Positions 1 through 7,991 are shown, numbered from the stretch's first letter. The stretch is DNA of 24,000 nt from Ectobacillus panaciterrae DSM 19096 (GCF_000430785.1 NZ_KE387247.1:86301-110300); one strand, 5' to 3'. The notes: generated by a model not told the origin, from the letters alone. Program-made: numbers and translations.

Positions 1-144
1 AGGATCAAAACGCTTTGTTCCTTGCAGATTTTTTTGTTGACCAATTTCTTGAACAACCTTTGCGCGTTCATTTAATAAGTGCAGTAACTGTAAGTTAATT
101 TCATCCACCTGTTTACGTAATTGTTCTAATTCATAATTTCCCAT
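1..144 (-). CDS. aroA: Chorismate mutase domain: first 48 codons of a probable AroA(G)-type bifunctional DAHP synthase/chorismate mutase. The gene continues past the left edge.
   Basis: ATG at complement 144-142, with an AAAGGAGGA Shine-Dalgarno at complement 160-152. The translation [48 protein letters not shown] closely resembles, from memory, the N-terminus of B. subtilis AroA. T-box leaders lie directly upstream. Confidence 0.75.
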   Translation of the reverse strand, partial: MGNYELEQLRKQVDEINLQLLHLLNERAKVVQEIGQQKNLQGTKRFDP

Positions 145-262
145 TGAAAAATCCTCCTTTGAATGTCTGAAATATATAATAAGGGATTGAAAAATCCTTA
201 TTTTCTGAATTTGATTGTTGCAGCAAAGTGTGACTGGAAACGATTCCTGGTGCGAAATATAC

Positions 263-485
263 AAAAAAGTCCCTACTGATCCAATCAGTAGGGACGATGA
301 TTATCGCGGTACCACCCTAGTTGTAGACAAGTCTACCACTCATGTTTGTTAACGATCATTTGACCGTCTTTCCCTTCATAAAGGATGTTCCTTTACTACG
401 AAAAAGATGCTCCAGGATTGAAATTCGTGTTTATCTTTGTACTGGTTCACACCAACCACCAGCTCTCTGTTACAGGGAAACAACC
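263..485 (-). promoter_or_regulatory. T-box riboswitch leader, copy 1 (gene-proximal), Phe-type specifier
   Basis: Read on the minus strand: AGAGAG GA-motif, GGTTGGTGTGAA distal-loop motif, AGTA, specifier loop GAATTTCAA (UUC at complement 422-420) and CGTTA F-box. The T-box core AGGGTGGTACCGCG is at complement 318-305. The terminator is GTCCCTACTGA-TTGGA-TCAGTAGGGAC plus a T-run (complement 295-263). Confidence 0.85.
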
Positions 486-545
486 ACTACTCTGTTCCTA
501 TCATCACACATGTTATTTTATTGTCATAAGAAACCGCACATATAC

Positions 546-770
546 AAAAAGTCCCTACTGATCCAATCAGTAGGGACGATGATTATCGCGGTACCACCCT
601 AGTTGTAGACAAGTCTACCACTCATGTTTGTTAACGATCATTTGACCGTCTTTCCCTTCATAAAGGATGCTCCTTTACTACGAAAAAGATGCTCCAGGAT
701 TGAAATTCATGTTTATCTTTGTACTGATTCACACCAACCATCAGCTCTCTAAAACAGGGAGATAAGCATT
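546..770 (-). promoter_or_regulatory. T-box riboswitch leader, copy 2 (promoter-proximal), Phe-type specifier
   Basis: Nearly identical to copy 1 at an offset of 282 bp. T-box core at complement 600-587, terminator hairpin 551-577 with a T-run (A-run 546-550 on plus), specifier GAATTTCAA with UUC at complement 704-702. Confidence 0.85.
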
Positions 771-835
771 ACTAAATTCCTTTCATTGCTTTCAATTTAT
801 GAATATAATTTTCATATTTACTAAGTATGTCTTGT

Positions 836-865
836 ATTATAATATTTCATTTTCGAAATTGTCAA
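836..865 (-). promoter_or_regulatory. Sigma-A type promoter driving the tandem T-box leaders and aroA
   Basis: On the minus strand: TTGACA (complement 865-860), 18-nt spacer, TATAAT (complement 841-836). It sits about 60 nt upstream of T-box copy 2. Confidence 0.6.
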
Positions 866-921
866 TAACTTTTATGCTTTTAAGAGTATTAATTATTCTT
901 ATAGTGCGTTCATCAATGAAA

Positions 922-1108
922 CTATATATAAATGATTTATAATTTCGGCGTTTTCATTTGCTATTTCGAACAAAACGGCATTGGCACTTACTTCCTCTCT
1001 CTGGTTTGCCCCTGCATGGGCCACTATAAGGGTTTGACCGCTTCTGCACGCCGCCGGATGCTCTCGCCCCACTATAAAAAGCCGATTTTTTTATTCAGTT
1101 TTATATAG
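922..1108 (+). repeat. MITE-like interspersed element, copy A (187 bp)
   Basis: Starts CTATATA and ends TATATAG. It has imperfect terminal inverted repeats and a shared GC-rich core (CTCTCTGGTTTGCCCCTGCATGGGCCACTATAAGGGTTTGACCGCTTCTGCACGCCGCCGGATG). It aligns along its whole length with copies at 4136-4322, 12944-13139 and 13132-13310. Confidence 0.7.
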
Positions 1109-1214
1109 TATTGAATACAATAAGTATATTTTACTGAAACGAGGGCAAGTTCCCCGTTTACTCCACATGTGTTCTTGAATATATATATGTGGAGTAAGTA
1201 TTGCGAGGTGGAAT

Positions 1215-1862
1215 ATGAACTGCGGTGAACCGCTTTTAGAATATGCGGCTTTAGGTGATTCTCTTTCAGTCGGTGCAGGGACGATGTTGTTCGATCCGGG
1301 TTTTGTCGAATATTACTTGCAAATGAGCAGAAACGCTTTACAAAAGCGTATCAAACTATATAAGTTCGCCAAAAGCGGAGCGACCACGAAGGACGTACTG
1401 AACATGATACAGCACCCTTGTGTGGCCGAGGCAATCCGGCATGCAGATATCATAACAATTACGGCAGGCGGAAATGACCTGATTCGGGCGGCGCTGACGT
1501 TTCTGAAGGAACAGAATGAGGATGCGCTGTTTGACGCTCAATTCGCATGCACGGATAATCTATCAAGAATTCTCAATGCGATCGATGCTCTCGTCTTGGA
1601 GGAGGAAGGACCGTATATTGTAAGACTGGTAAACTTGTATAATCCTTTTCCGGGGCTTTCTCAAGCGAAAGAATGGATAGAACGCTTCAATACGCATATT
1701 GAAAGTTTTTCGGATATGCGGAATTTGAAGGTGGCAAATATATACGATGTATTTAAAGGAAACGAGAACAGACTCCTAGCTGCTGATGGAATTCATCCGA
1801 ACGGGAAAGGGTATTATCTCATGGCGGAAGAAATGCGGAAATTAGGCTATGAGTCTTTATGA
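1215..1862 (+). CDS. SGNH/GDSL-family hydrolase (lipase/esterase-like)
   Basis: 215-aa ORF with a GAGGTGG Shine-Dalgarno at 1205-1211. It has SGNH blocks GDSLS (block I), GGNDL (block III) and DGIHPN (block V). Confidence 0.85.
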   Translation: MNCGEPLLEYAALGDSLSVGAGTMLFDPGFVEYYLQMSRNALQKRIKLYKFAKSGATTKDVLNMIQHPCVAEAIRHADIITITAGGNDLIRAALTFLKEQNEDALFDAQFACTDNLSRILNAIDALVLEEEGPYIVRLVNLYNPFPGLSQAKEWIERFNTHIESFSDMRNLKVANIYDVFKGNENRLLAADGIHPNGKGYYLMAEEMRKLGYESL

Positions 1863-1914
1863 AACGTTTTTTATTATGAAAATTATAGTAGTATGAGAGT
1901 GGTCAACGCCTGTC

Positions 1915-2110
1915 ATCGTGCTGACGAAGCGCAATTTGTGCGAGGATTTGGCTGCGTTGCTCAAAGAGAAAAGCATTGCGTTTGATGTGGATATGTTTGC
2001 GGTGGACAGTGTAAGCGGCAACGGCATTGCTGACTTGCAGAGTTTTATACAGCCTGGAAAAACTGTTGTGCTCATCGGATCTTCAGGTGCGGGCAAGATT
2101 ACGATCATTG
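1915..2110 (+). pseudogene. Internal fragment of an RsgA/YjeQ-like circularly permuted GTPase gene
   Basis: The translation VLTKRNLCEDLAALL...DSVSGNGIADLQSFIQPGKTVVLIGSSGAGK matches the G4 (T/N-K-x-D, here TKRN) to G1/P-loop (GxSGxGK) order typical of RsgA. The N-terminal OB domain and C-terminal Zn-finger region are absent, there is no Shine-Dalgarno, and similarity is lost after about 2110. Confidence 0.5.
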
Positions 2111-2312
2111 CCGGTATTCTTTTAACACCTTTGTTTTATAAAAAAGAAGGTGGACGAATCGTACGGGAGAGGCTGCCTGCAAAAGGACTAATGATGTCAG
2201 GTATCATCCTTGCCATTATGCAGTGGGAGCATGCTGCTCGTGATAATCGGCATGATTTTGGCACAGCTATGTTTCCCCGCCTAAGCAGCATACAAAACAA
2301 AATAGCGCATGA

Positions 2313-2349
2313 AAGAAGCCCTTCGTTATGAAAAAGGGCTTCTTTTTTA
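2313..2349. terminator. Bidirectional rho-independent terminator
   Basis: AAGAAGCCCTT (2313-2323) pairs with AAGGGCTTCTT (2334-2344) and is followed by a T-run. An A-rich flank on the other side lets it serve the convergent minus-strand gene ending at 2370. Confidence 0.75.
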
Positions 2350-2369
2350 TGAATCTTATCAAGAAACGG

Positions 2370-3899
2370 CTACTCCAGCTTTTTTAAAGGTTTTTGGGCA
2401 GGGCCCTCTATTACATCTCCGTCAATGGAAAACCTGGATCCATGACAAGGGCAGTCCCAAGTTCTGTCTCCACGGTTCCATTCGACCTCGCAGCCTAAGT
2501 GGGTGCATGTGGTGTCGACGATATGCAGGACACCTTCATCATCTTTATAAGCACCGGCCCTTTTTCCGTCTACACGGACAACAGATCCTTCCCCGGTTAC
2601 CAGCTCTTCTGGTGTTCTAAGTGGGAATTCTAACTTGCCTTCAAGCAAGTGCTTGGCAACATCGCCGTTTGTCGTAAGAAAATGCTTGATGCTTGGATCG
2701 GCGGCAAAGCGGGATGGTGTGTACAGCTCTTTATACGGGTTATGCTTTTTCGTGATTAAATCTGTAATCAGCAAGGCAGCAGCAGTACTGCTTGTCATGC
2801 CCCATTTTCTGTATCCGGTTGCGACAAAGATGTTTGGGTGCCGATCGCTTAAATGCCCGATGTATGGAATTTTATCCAAAGTAATTAAATCTTGCGTCGA
2901 CCATCTGGATACATGCTTCTCAATCCCCAATACGTCTTCCCCGAAAGCTTCCAAAGCTTCATAATGTTTCATCGTGTCTATGCCTTGACCGGTTTTATGA
3001 CTTTCTCCGCCGACCAGTACAAGCTTTTCACCATTGATAGGGGTGGAACGCAGCGATCGTACCGGGTCATTCACACTTAAGTACATACCGCCCGGAAATT
3101 CCTTTTTTGTCTTTACCCCCAGCACATAAGAGCGCTCGGCATACATTCTTGTAAAATAAAAGGCTGGGTCATAGAACGGAAAGTGAGAACAGGAGACAAC
3201 ATAATCGCATGCAACCTTATGTCCGTCCCTTGTGATAACCCTCGGATGGCTTCCTTTCTCGACATCTACTGCTACAGTATGCTCATAAATAGCGCCGCCT
3301 GCTTCCACAAATGCTTTTGTAAGGTCTGTTAAATATTTAAGAGGGTGGAACTGAGCTTGTTTTTTCATAACGAGCGCAGCTGTCACTTTTATATCCAAAG
3401 GTATGCGCTCCAAAAACTCCCCGTTTATATCAAGCTTTGTGTATGCTTGAAACTCGCTCATAATTTTTTGTGCGTATTGTTCGCTGGTTGCATATAAATA
3501 GGCATCTTCCTCTGAAAAATCGCAGCTTATGTTCCTGTCCGCAATGATTTGTTTAACGAATTGCAGCGCGTTGCTGTTAGCTTCATAATATAATCGTGCC
3601 TTTTCTTTCCCGAAATGGCTAATTAGCTCATCGTAAATCAAATTATGCTGGGCTGTTATTTTAGCTGTCGTATGTCCGGTGGTGCCATTTAAAATTTTAT
3701 CGGCTTCCAATAGGGCAACCGTCAAACCTTCCTTTGCAAGCAAATAGGCGGTGGTAATGCCGGAAATTCCTCCTCCTATAACAGCTGCATCCACTTGTAT
3801 ATCTTGGGAAAGCTTAGGGAAAGAAGACAATTCTGCCGAATCTCTCCAATAGGGTTCTGGTGAATCCGACATTTCTTGCGATGTATCATCTCTGTTCAT
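2370..3899 (-). CDS. FAD-dependent oxidoreductase with a C-terminal Rieske [2Fe-2S] domain (YhfW-like)
   Basis: 509-aa ORF with a GAGGAGG Shine-Dalgarno upstream. N-terminal dinucleotide fold DAAVIGGGISGITTAYLLAKEG. C-terminal Rieske motifs CTHLGC and CPCHGS. Confidence 0.9.
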   Translation of the reverse strand: MNRDDTSQEMSDSPEPYWRDSAELSSFPKLSQDIQVDAAVIGGGISGITTAYLLAKEGLTVALLEADKILNGTTGHTTAKITAQHNLIYDELISHFGKEKARLYYEANSNALQFVKQIIADRNISCDFSEEDAYLYATSEQYAQKIMSEFQAYTKLDINGEFLERIPLDIKVTAALVMKKQAQFHPLKYLTDLTKAFVEAGGAIYEHTVAVDVEKGSHPRVITRDGHKVACDYVVSCSHFPFYDPAFYFTRMYAERSYVLGVKTKKEFPGGMYLSVNDPVRSLRSTPINGEKLVLVGGESHKTGQGIDTMKHYEALEAFGEDVLGIEKHVSRWSTQDLITLDKIPYIGHLSDRHPNIFVATGYRKWGMTSSTAAALLITDLITKKHNPYKELYTPSRFAADPSIKHFLTTNGDVAKHLLEGKLEFPLRTPEELVTGEGSVVRVDGKRAGAYKDDEGVLHIVDTTCTHLGCEVEWNRGDRTWDCPCHGSRFSIDGDVIEGPAQKPLKKLE

Positions 3900-4135
3900 A
3901 AAACAGCCTCCTCATCAAGAATGGTATTATATATTATTTTCTATTTTATGGAAAACATGTACCGTTTAAGGATGTTCAGAAAATTCTCGCAGCAGAATGA
4001 CATCGGGCTCTGACAGTTCTGGATTGTTGCGGTTGCTTGTTGTTAAAAAAACTTAAAATAATTATTTTTTTTAAGTTTTTTAAGTTTACTTTGTAGTTTT
4101 ATGAATATCAATCTTATATAATGATTTCATGATAA

Positions 4136-4322
4136 CTATATATGAGTGAATGATAATTTCGACATTTCCATGTGCTATGTGCAACTAAAAGGGAGTATTG
4201 CATGCTTCTTCTCTCTGGTTTACCCTTGCATGAACTACTACAAAGGTTTGAGCGCTTCTGCACGTCGCCGGATGATCTTTCCCTACTATCAAAAGACGGT
4301 TTTTTTATTCACTTGTATATAT
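4136..4322 (+). repeat. MITE-like interspersed element, copy B (187 bp)
   Basis: The left end is CTATATATGAGTGAATGATAATTTCGACAT. The right end is ...GACGGTTTTTTTATTCACTTGTATATAT, whose reverse complement mirrors the left end. The first 32 nt are identical to copy C. A 23-bp solo end-like fragment (CTTATATAATGATTTCATGATAA, 4113-4135) lies immediately upstream. Confidence 0.75.
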
Positions 4323-4356
4323 TTTAGTCAGAAGATTTATTAAGGAGCTTTAGATT

Positions 4357-5145
4357 ATGTATCAAGAACAAAGGCTGACATCGATAAAAACGTATTTGTC
4401 TTCTCATAAAAGCATTACGTTAGAAGAAATATGTGAAATGTTTAGTGTTTCAAAGGATACAGCAAGAAGAGATCTTGTAAAACTCGAAGAACGCGGGGGA
4501 ATCATAAGGATAAAGGGAGGAGCGACACTTCCATCCGCCAATCGGAATTTAATTGATTACAAAGAACGAAAAGCAACCGCAGGCAAAGAACGAATTGCAA
4601 AGAGCGCGTCTTTGTTTATTCACGATGATCATGATTTATTGATCGATACCTCTTCAACTGTCGCTCTTATGGCTAAGTTCATAGGAAACAAACATGTTAA
4701 TGTGATTACAAACTCCATTGATATGGTTGATTTATTAGGAGAGTATACGGATATTCAAACCTTTTTGCTGCCTGGAAAATTCAATAGGAAAAACAGAAAT
4801 GTAACGGGTCCCAGAACAATTGAGACACTGAACGACTACAAAGTTGATCAATTATTTCTTGGAGCATGCGGAATCAGCGGCGAAGGTGTTACCTCTCCCG
4901 ATGAGGAAGAAGCCTTTTTAAAGAAAAAAATGATGAGCTGTGCCCGGCAAGTCATACTGCTGGCTGATCGTTCAAAGTTTGAAAAGGAATTTTTGCACCG
5001 GGTTTGTGATATTACGGACATTGATGTGATTATTACAGATAAATACCCGGATGAAGCTGTAAAGGAAAAAATAAAAGAAAATAATATTCGTTTAATTGTT
5101 ACAGAAGATGAAGAAAGCGAGAGGGAACACAATGAGAAAAATTAA
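4357..5145 (+). CDS. DeoR-family transcriptional regulator
   Basis: 262-aa ORF with a TAAGGAG Shine-Dalgarno at 4341-4347. It has an N-terminal DeoR-type HTH (ITLEEICEMFSVSKDTARRDLVKLEERG) and a C-terminal DeoR sugar-phosphate-binding-like domain. Confidence 0.85.
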   Translation: MYQEQRLTSIKTYLSSHKSITLEEICEMFSVSKDTARRDLVKLEERGGIIRIKGGATLPSANRNLIDYKERKATAGKERIAKSASLFIHDDHDLLIDTSSTVALMAKFIGNKHVNVITNSIDMVDLLGEYTDIQTFLLPGKFNRKNRNVTGPRTIETLNDYKVDQLFLGACGISGEGVTSPDEEEAFLKKKMMSCARQVILLADRSKFEKEFLHRVCDITDIDVIITDKYPDEAVKEKIKENNIRLIVTEDEESEREHNEKN

Positions 5146-6175
5146 GGTTGGTTTAGTTGGATACGGACTTTCAGGTGCTACATTTCACGCGCCCTTGTTG
5201 AGCGTTTTAGAGGAGTTTGAAATTGCAAAAGTCGTTAGTTCAAAAAAGGAAAACGTGCAGCAGGATTTGGGAGACGTGGAGGTGGTAAGCAGCTTAGAAG
5301 AGGTTCTTGAAGATGCAGCGATTGATTTAGTGGTTATTACGACACCGAGCGGTTTGCATTATGAAATGGCGAAACAAAGTTTAATGTCTGGAAAACATGT
5401 TGTCTTGGAAAAGCCGATGGTGGTAGAAACATGGGAGGCAGAGGAGCTCATTCGGATTGCTGAAGAAAAGAAGCTGCTTTTAAGTGTTTATCATAACAGA
5501 AGGTGGGATAATGACTATTTGACGGTCAAAAAACTTGTGAATGATGGCGCGCTTGGAGAAATCAATACATATCAGGTCCATTATGATCGCTTCAGACCAG
5601 TTGTAAGAGATAGATGGAGAGAAAAGCAAGGTCCTGGATCTGGCATGCTCTATGATTTAGGTTCGCATCTAATTGATCAAGCCTTACATTTGTTTGGCTG
5701 GCCACAATTCGTATTGGCGGATGTTTTTGCGCAAAGAGAGCGTGCAGAAACGGATGATTATTTCCATGTTATTTTAGGCTACGAGAAGCTGCGAGTCATT
5801 TTACATTCCGGCTCAATCGTTCCGAGTAACGGACCGCGTTTTCAGGTTCACGGAAGCAAAGGAAGCTTTATTAAGTACGGGCTTGATGGACAGGAAGCTG
5901 CGCTCAAAGCAGGCAAAAAGCCTGTCAATGACTCATGGGGCGCAGACGATCCGCAATTTTACGGTAAGCTGGTTACCATTGATGGAGAAAAAGAGAAACA
6001 CGAAACCATCCCAACATTACATGGATCGTATGTAATCTACTATAAAAAAATTGCCGAAAGTATACTTGAGGGCAAAGATGCTCCTGTCATTGCACATGAG
6101 GGATTATCAGTTATTAAAATCATTGAGGCAGCTCTTAAAAGCAATACAGAAAAGAAAGCGATATATGTAGAGTAA
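5132..6175 (+). CDS. Gfo/Idh/MocA-family NAD(P)-dependent oxidoreductase
   Basis: MRKIKVGLVGYGLSGATFH Rossmann N-terminus and an EKP motif (VVLEKPM). ATG 5132 follows a GAGAGGGA Shine-Dalgarno and overlaps the DeoR stop by 14 nt, suggesting an operon. The longer ORF-track start at 5096 has no Shine-Dalgarno. Confidence 0.85.
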   Translation: MRKIKVGLVGYGLSGATFHAPLLSVLEEFEIAKVVSSKKENVQQDLGDVEVVSSLEEVLEDAAIDLVVITTPSGLHYEMAKQSLMSGKHVVLEKPMVVETWEAEELIRIAEEKKLLLSVYHNRRWDNDYLTVKKLVNDGALGEINTYQVHYDRFRPVVRDRWREKQGPGSGMLYDLGSHLIDQALHLFGWPQFVLADVFAQRERAETDDYFHVILGYEKLRVILHSGSIVPSNGPRFQVHGSKGSFIKYGLDGQEAALKAGKKPVNDSWGADDPQFYGKLVTIDGEKEKHETIPTLHGSYVIYYKKIAESILEGKDAPVIAHEGLSVIKIIEAALKSNTEKKAIYVE

Positions 6176-6225
6176 ATCTTTCATTTTTCAACAACAATCA
6201 TTAAACCAGCCTTAGAAATAAATAA

Positions 6226-6256
6226 ACCCTGTCCACCAAGAGACAGGGTATTTTAC
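6226..6256. terminator. Rho-independent terminator between convergent genes
   Basis: ACCCTGTC (6226-6233) pairs with GACAGGGT (6242-6249). T-rich tracts follow on both strands. Confidence 0.65.
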
Positions 6257-6355
6257 TATGTTTATGCGATTGTTGTAAGTATCGTTTTCATTCTAGATAT
6301 TTCTTACTATCAGAGCCTTTTTCTTGGCAAGCTATCCCTTATACAGAAACACTCT

Positions 6356-7117
6356 TTACCCTTCAATCACAAAAGTAAATTCCCTCTCTTTACGCTTGCT
6401 TCCTTCATACGCCCGTTCCACAAACCGAACATCCTCATGAGTCATAAACACAAGCGTTGAAGATCTCGTTCCATATTCCGGAGTTTGAATGAACAGCGGC
6501 GAAAGCTTTCGTTCCCATTCAAGGGAAACACCCGTACTTGGCAATTCTTCATCTGGGGCAGGATCTGCATGTTGCAAACTTGAAAATAAACATTCCTTCA
6601 TGTTTTCAGGTGAACCCTGTAGGCATCTTTTTAATCCTTCTTTTCCTTTGCGTACTTTTGGCCACGGCGTGTCCAACAAATGGTTACTCAGTCCATACAG
6701 CCCCGGTTCTAACAGTCGTATGTCGTTTTCCATGTTCGAATAATAGTAAAGGGAATGGAGATCCCCAACGATTAAGTTAAACCCAGGATATTGATCACGA
6801 TGCTGTTGAATGCTTTTCAAATAGCTTTGCGGCAGTTCTTCTCCTATTAGGAAACGGCTTACTAATTCTCCACGGGAACGCTTATTGTCTCTTACTTCAT
6901 TCGGGTCCCGATAATTTGTGAGAGCCGCGAAGCGCCCTTGTTTTGTTATTCCCATCCATGTTCCCATTTTTTCTAAATCCCTGCCTGCAAGCACATAGGG
7001 GGCATCTTCCCAGAAATGTGCCTGTGAGGTCGGTCTTTCATAAAACTCATCTCGATTGGCTGCAACAACCAAGTCATATTTTGAATCCATTTTATATGCG
7101 AAGTTTACTAAACACAT
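6356..7117 (-). CDS. NRDE-family protein (DUF833/TANGO2-like)
   Basis: The N-terminus MCLVNF... and the AANRDEFYERPT motif are characteristic of the NRDE family. ATG at complement 7117 is preceded by AGGTG. The ORF-track start (GTG at 7126) would add 3 codons. Confidence 0.8.
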   Translation of the reverse strand: MCLVNFAYKMDSKYDLVVAANRDEFYERPTSQAHFWEDAPYVLAGRDLEKMGTWMGITKQGRFAALTNYRDPNEVRDNKRSRGELVSRFLIGEELPQSYLKSIQQHRDQYPGFNLIVGDLHSLYYYSNMENDIRLLEPGLYGLSNHLLDTPWPKVRKGKEGLKRCLQGSPENMKECLFSSLQHADPAPDEELPSTGVSLEWERKLSPLFIQTPEYGTRSSTLVFMTHEDVRFVERAYEGSKRKEREFTFVIEG

Positions 7118-7272
7118 CCATTTCACCTACTTCCACATTTCTTATTATTAATATGGTACCTTACAGATTAAGAATTGTATAATTTTTGCCTAAGGAGAAT
7201 AGATAAAAAAACAGCAGGTGTGCGGCGTCTACAAGCAAGTTGGTGGTTATCTAATTAACGTTTAATACGTAA

Positions 7273-7298
7273 GAAAGGAGCAGCAAAACTGCTCCTTT
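7273..7298 (-). terminator. Terminator hairpin downstream of the HxlR-family gene
   Basis: GAAAGGAGCAG (7273-7283) pairs with CTGCTCCTTT (7289-7298) across a 5-nt loop. It lies 20 nt after the stop of the minus-strand gene. Confidence 0.6.
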
Positions 7299-7318
7299 TC
7301 CTCTGGATGAATTCACTG

Positions 7319-7651
7319 TTATGGATTAGTGGTATTTCCTTCGATTTCTATCCAATCTTGAGACCATTTTCCCAGTTCCACGATGACGGGTTCTAAAGCA
7401 CGTCCTTTATCTGTTAGCGAATATTCAATTCGAACAGGGGTCTCTGGGAATACTTCTCGTTTTACAATTCCCTCCCTCTCCAAACCCTTTAGTCTCTCTG
7501 ACAAAACTCTTCCGCTGATGGGAAGTGCAGCTTCCATGGCACAAAAACGCTGGGTGCCGGAAAGAAGTTGATAAATAACTAAGATGGTCCAACGCTTACT
7601 AATGACATCTACACTTTTTTCGAATCTTGGACACAACAAGGATGGATCCAT
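7319..7651 (-). CDS. HxlR-family (MarR-like winged helix) transcriptional regulator
   Basis: 110-aa ORF with a GAGGTG Shine-Dalgarno. It shows the typical HxlR pattern CP..K..D.I..RW...I...L..G..RF..........S...L..RL..LE..GIV.R......P.R.EY.LT..G. Confidence 0.9.
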   Translation of the reverse strand: MDPSLLCPRFEKSVDVISKRWTILVIYQLLSGTQRFCAMEAALPISGRVLSERLKGLEREGIVKREVFPETPVRIEYSLTDKGRALEPVIVELGKWSQDWIEIEGNTTNP

Positions 7652-7729
7652 GAATTATCACCTCACTCTACAATTATTATATACTATATTTACTTTAAAT
7701 AATAAAATTATAAAATGCAATTATATTAC

Positions 7730-7780
7730 TTGACATAATTTAATTACAAACATATACTTACTTACATAAAGTAACTAAGT
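7730..7780 (+). promoter_or_regulatory. Sigma-A promoter with an overlapping inverted-repeat operator, divergent from the HxlR gene
   Basis: TTGACA (7730-7735), 17-nt spacer, TATACT (7753-7758). The inverted repeat ACTTACTTAC (7756-7765) / GTAACTAAGT (7771-7780) matches 9 of 10 positions across a 5-nt spacer and covers the -10/+1 region. Confidence 0.5.
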
Positions 7781-7991
7781 GATCGTTGGAGATAGATGAT
7801 ATGGTTCCGTCTTTATTCTTAGCATATGGTGCTTCACTGTTGGCTATCGAAGATACTGGATATAAACAATTTCTTGAAATTATCAGATAACAGATACAAT
7901 CGAAGGGCATTATCATTTTTATCTTTTATTAGATAGTTACGATATGTAAAAGTCTAGTTAAAAACAAATATTAAATAAAGAGGTGCTTTTA

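Noticed and set aside
342-602. 86-aa plus-strand ORF spanning the repeated leader region
   Set aside because: It lies entirely antisense to the two T-box leaders and their terminators, has no Shine-Dalgarno, and its composition is driven by the RNA structure. The region is explained by the riboswitch reading on the minus strand.
2309-3080. Plus-strand ORFs 2309-2620, 2635-2964 and 2892-3080
   Set aside because: They are antisense shadows of the well-supported FAD/Rieske oxidoreductase gene, with no motifs or Shine-Dalgarno sequences.
4045-4087. AT-only imperfect palindrome AAAAAAACTTAAAATAATTATTTTTTTTAAGTTTTT followed by a repeated TTAAGTTT
   Set aside because: It is purely A/T, so hairpin stability is very low, and it is imperfect, with 4 extra T. 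It could be a DeoR or other operator, but nothing links it to a regulator, and low-complexity AT sequence readily produces such symmetry.
4146-4343. 65-aa ORF inside MITE-like copy B; related ORFs at 13009-13296 (-) and 13141-13362 (+) lie inside copies C and D
   Set aside because: The frames are open only in the near-identical B and C copies and are closed by stop codons in copies A and D. Substitutions between copies show no synonymous bias. These are repeat-derived spurious ORFs.
6285-6299. The 15-mer TTTTCATTCTAGATA is shared with 13372-13386, both just downstream of minus-strand genes
   Set aside because: One 15-nt AT-rich match in 24 kb on two strands is about what chance allows. The flanks do not align and there is no convincing hairpin.
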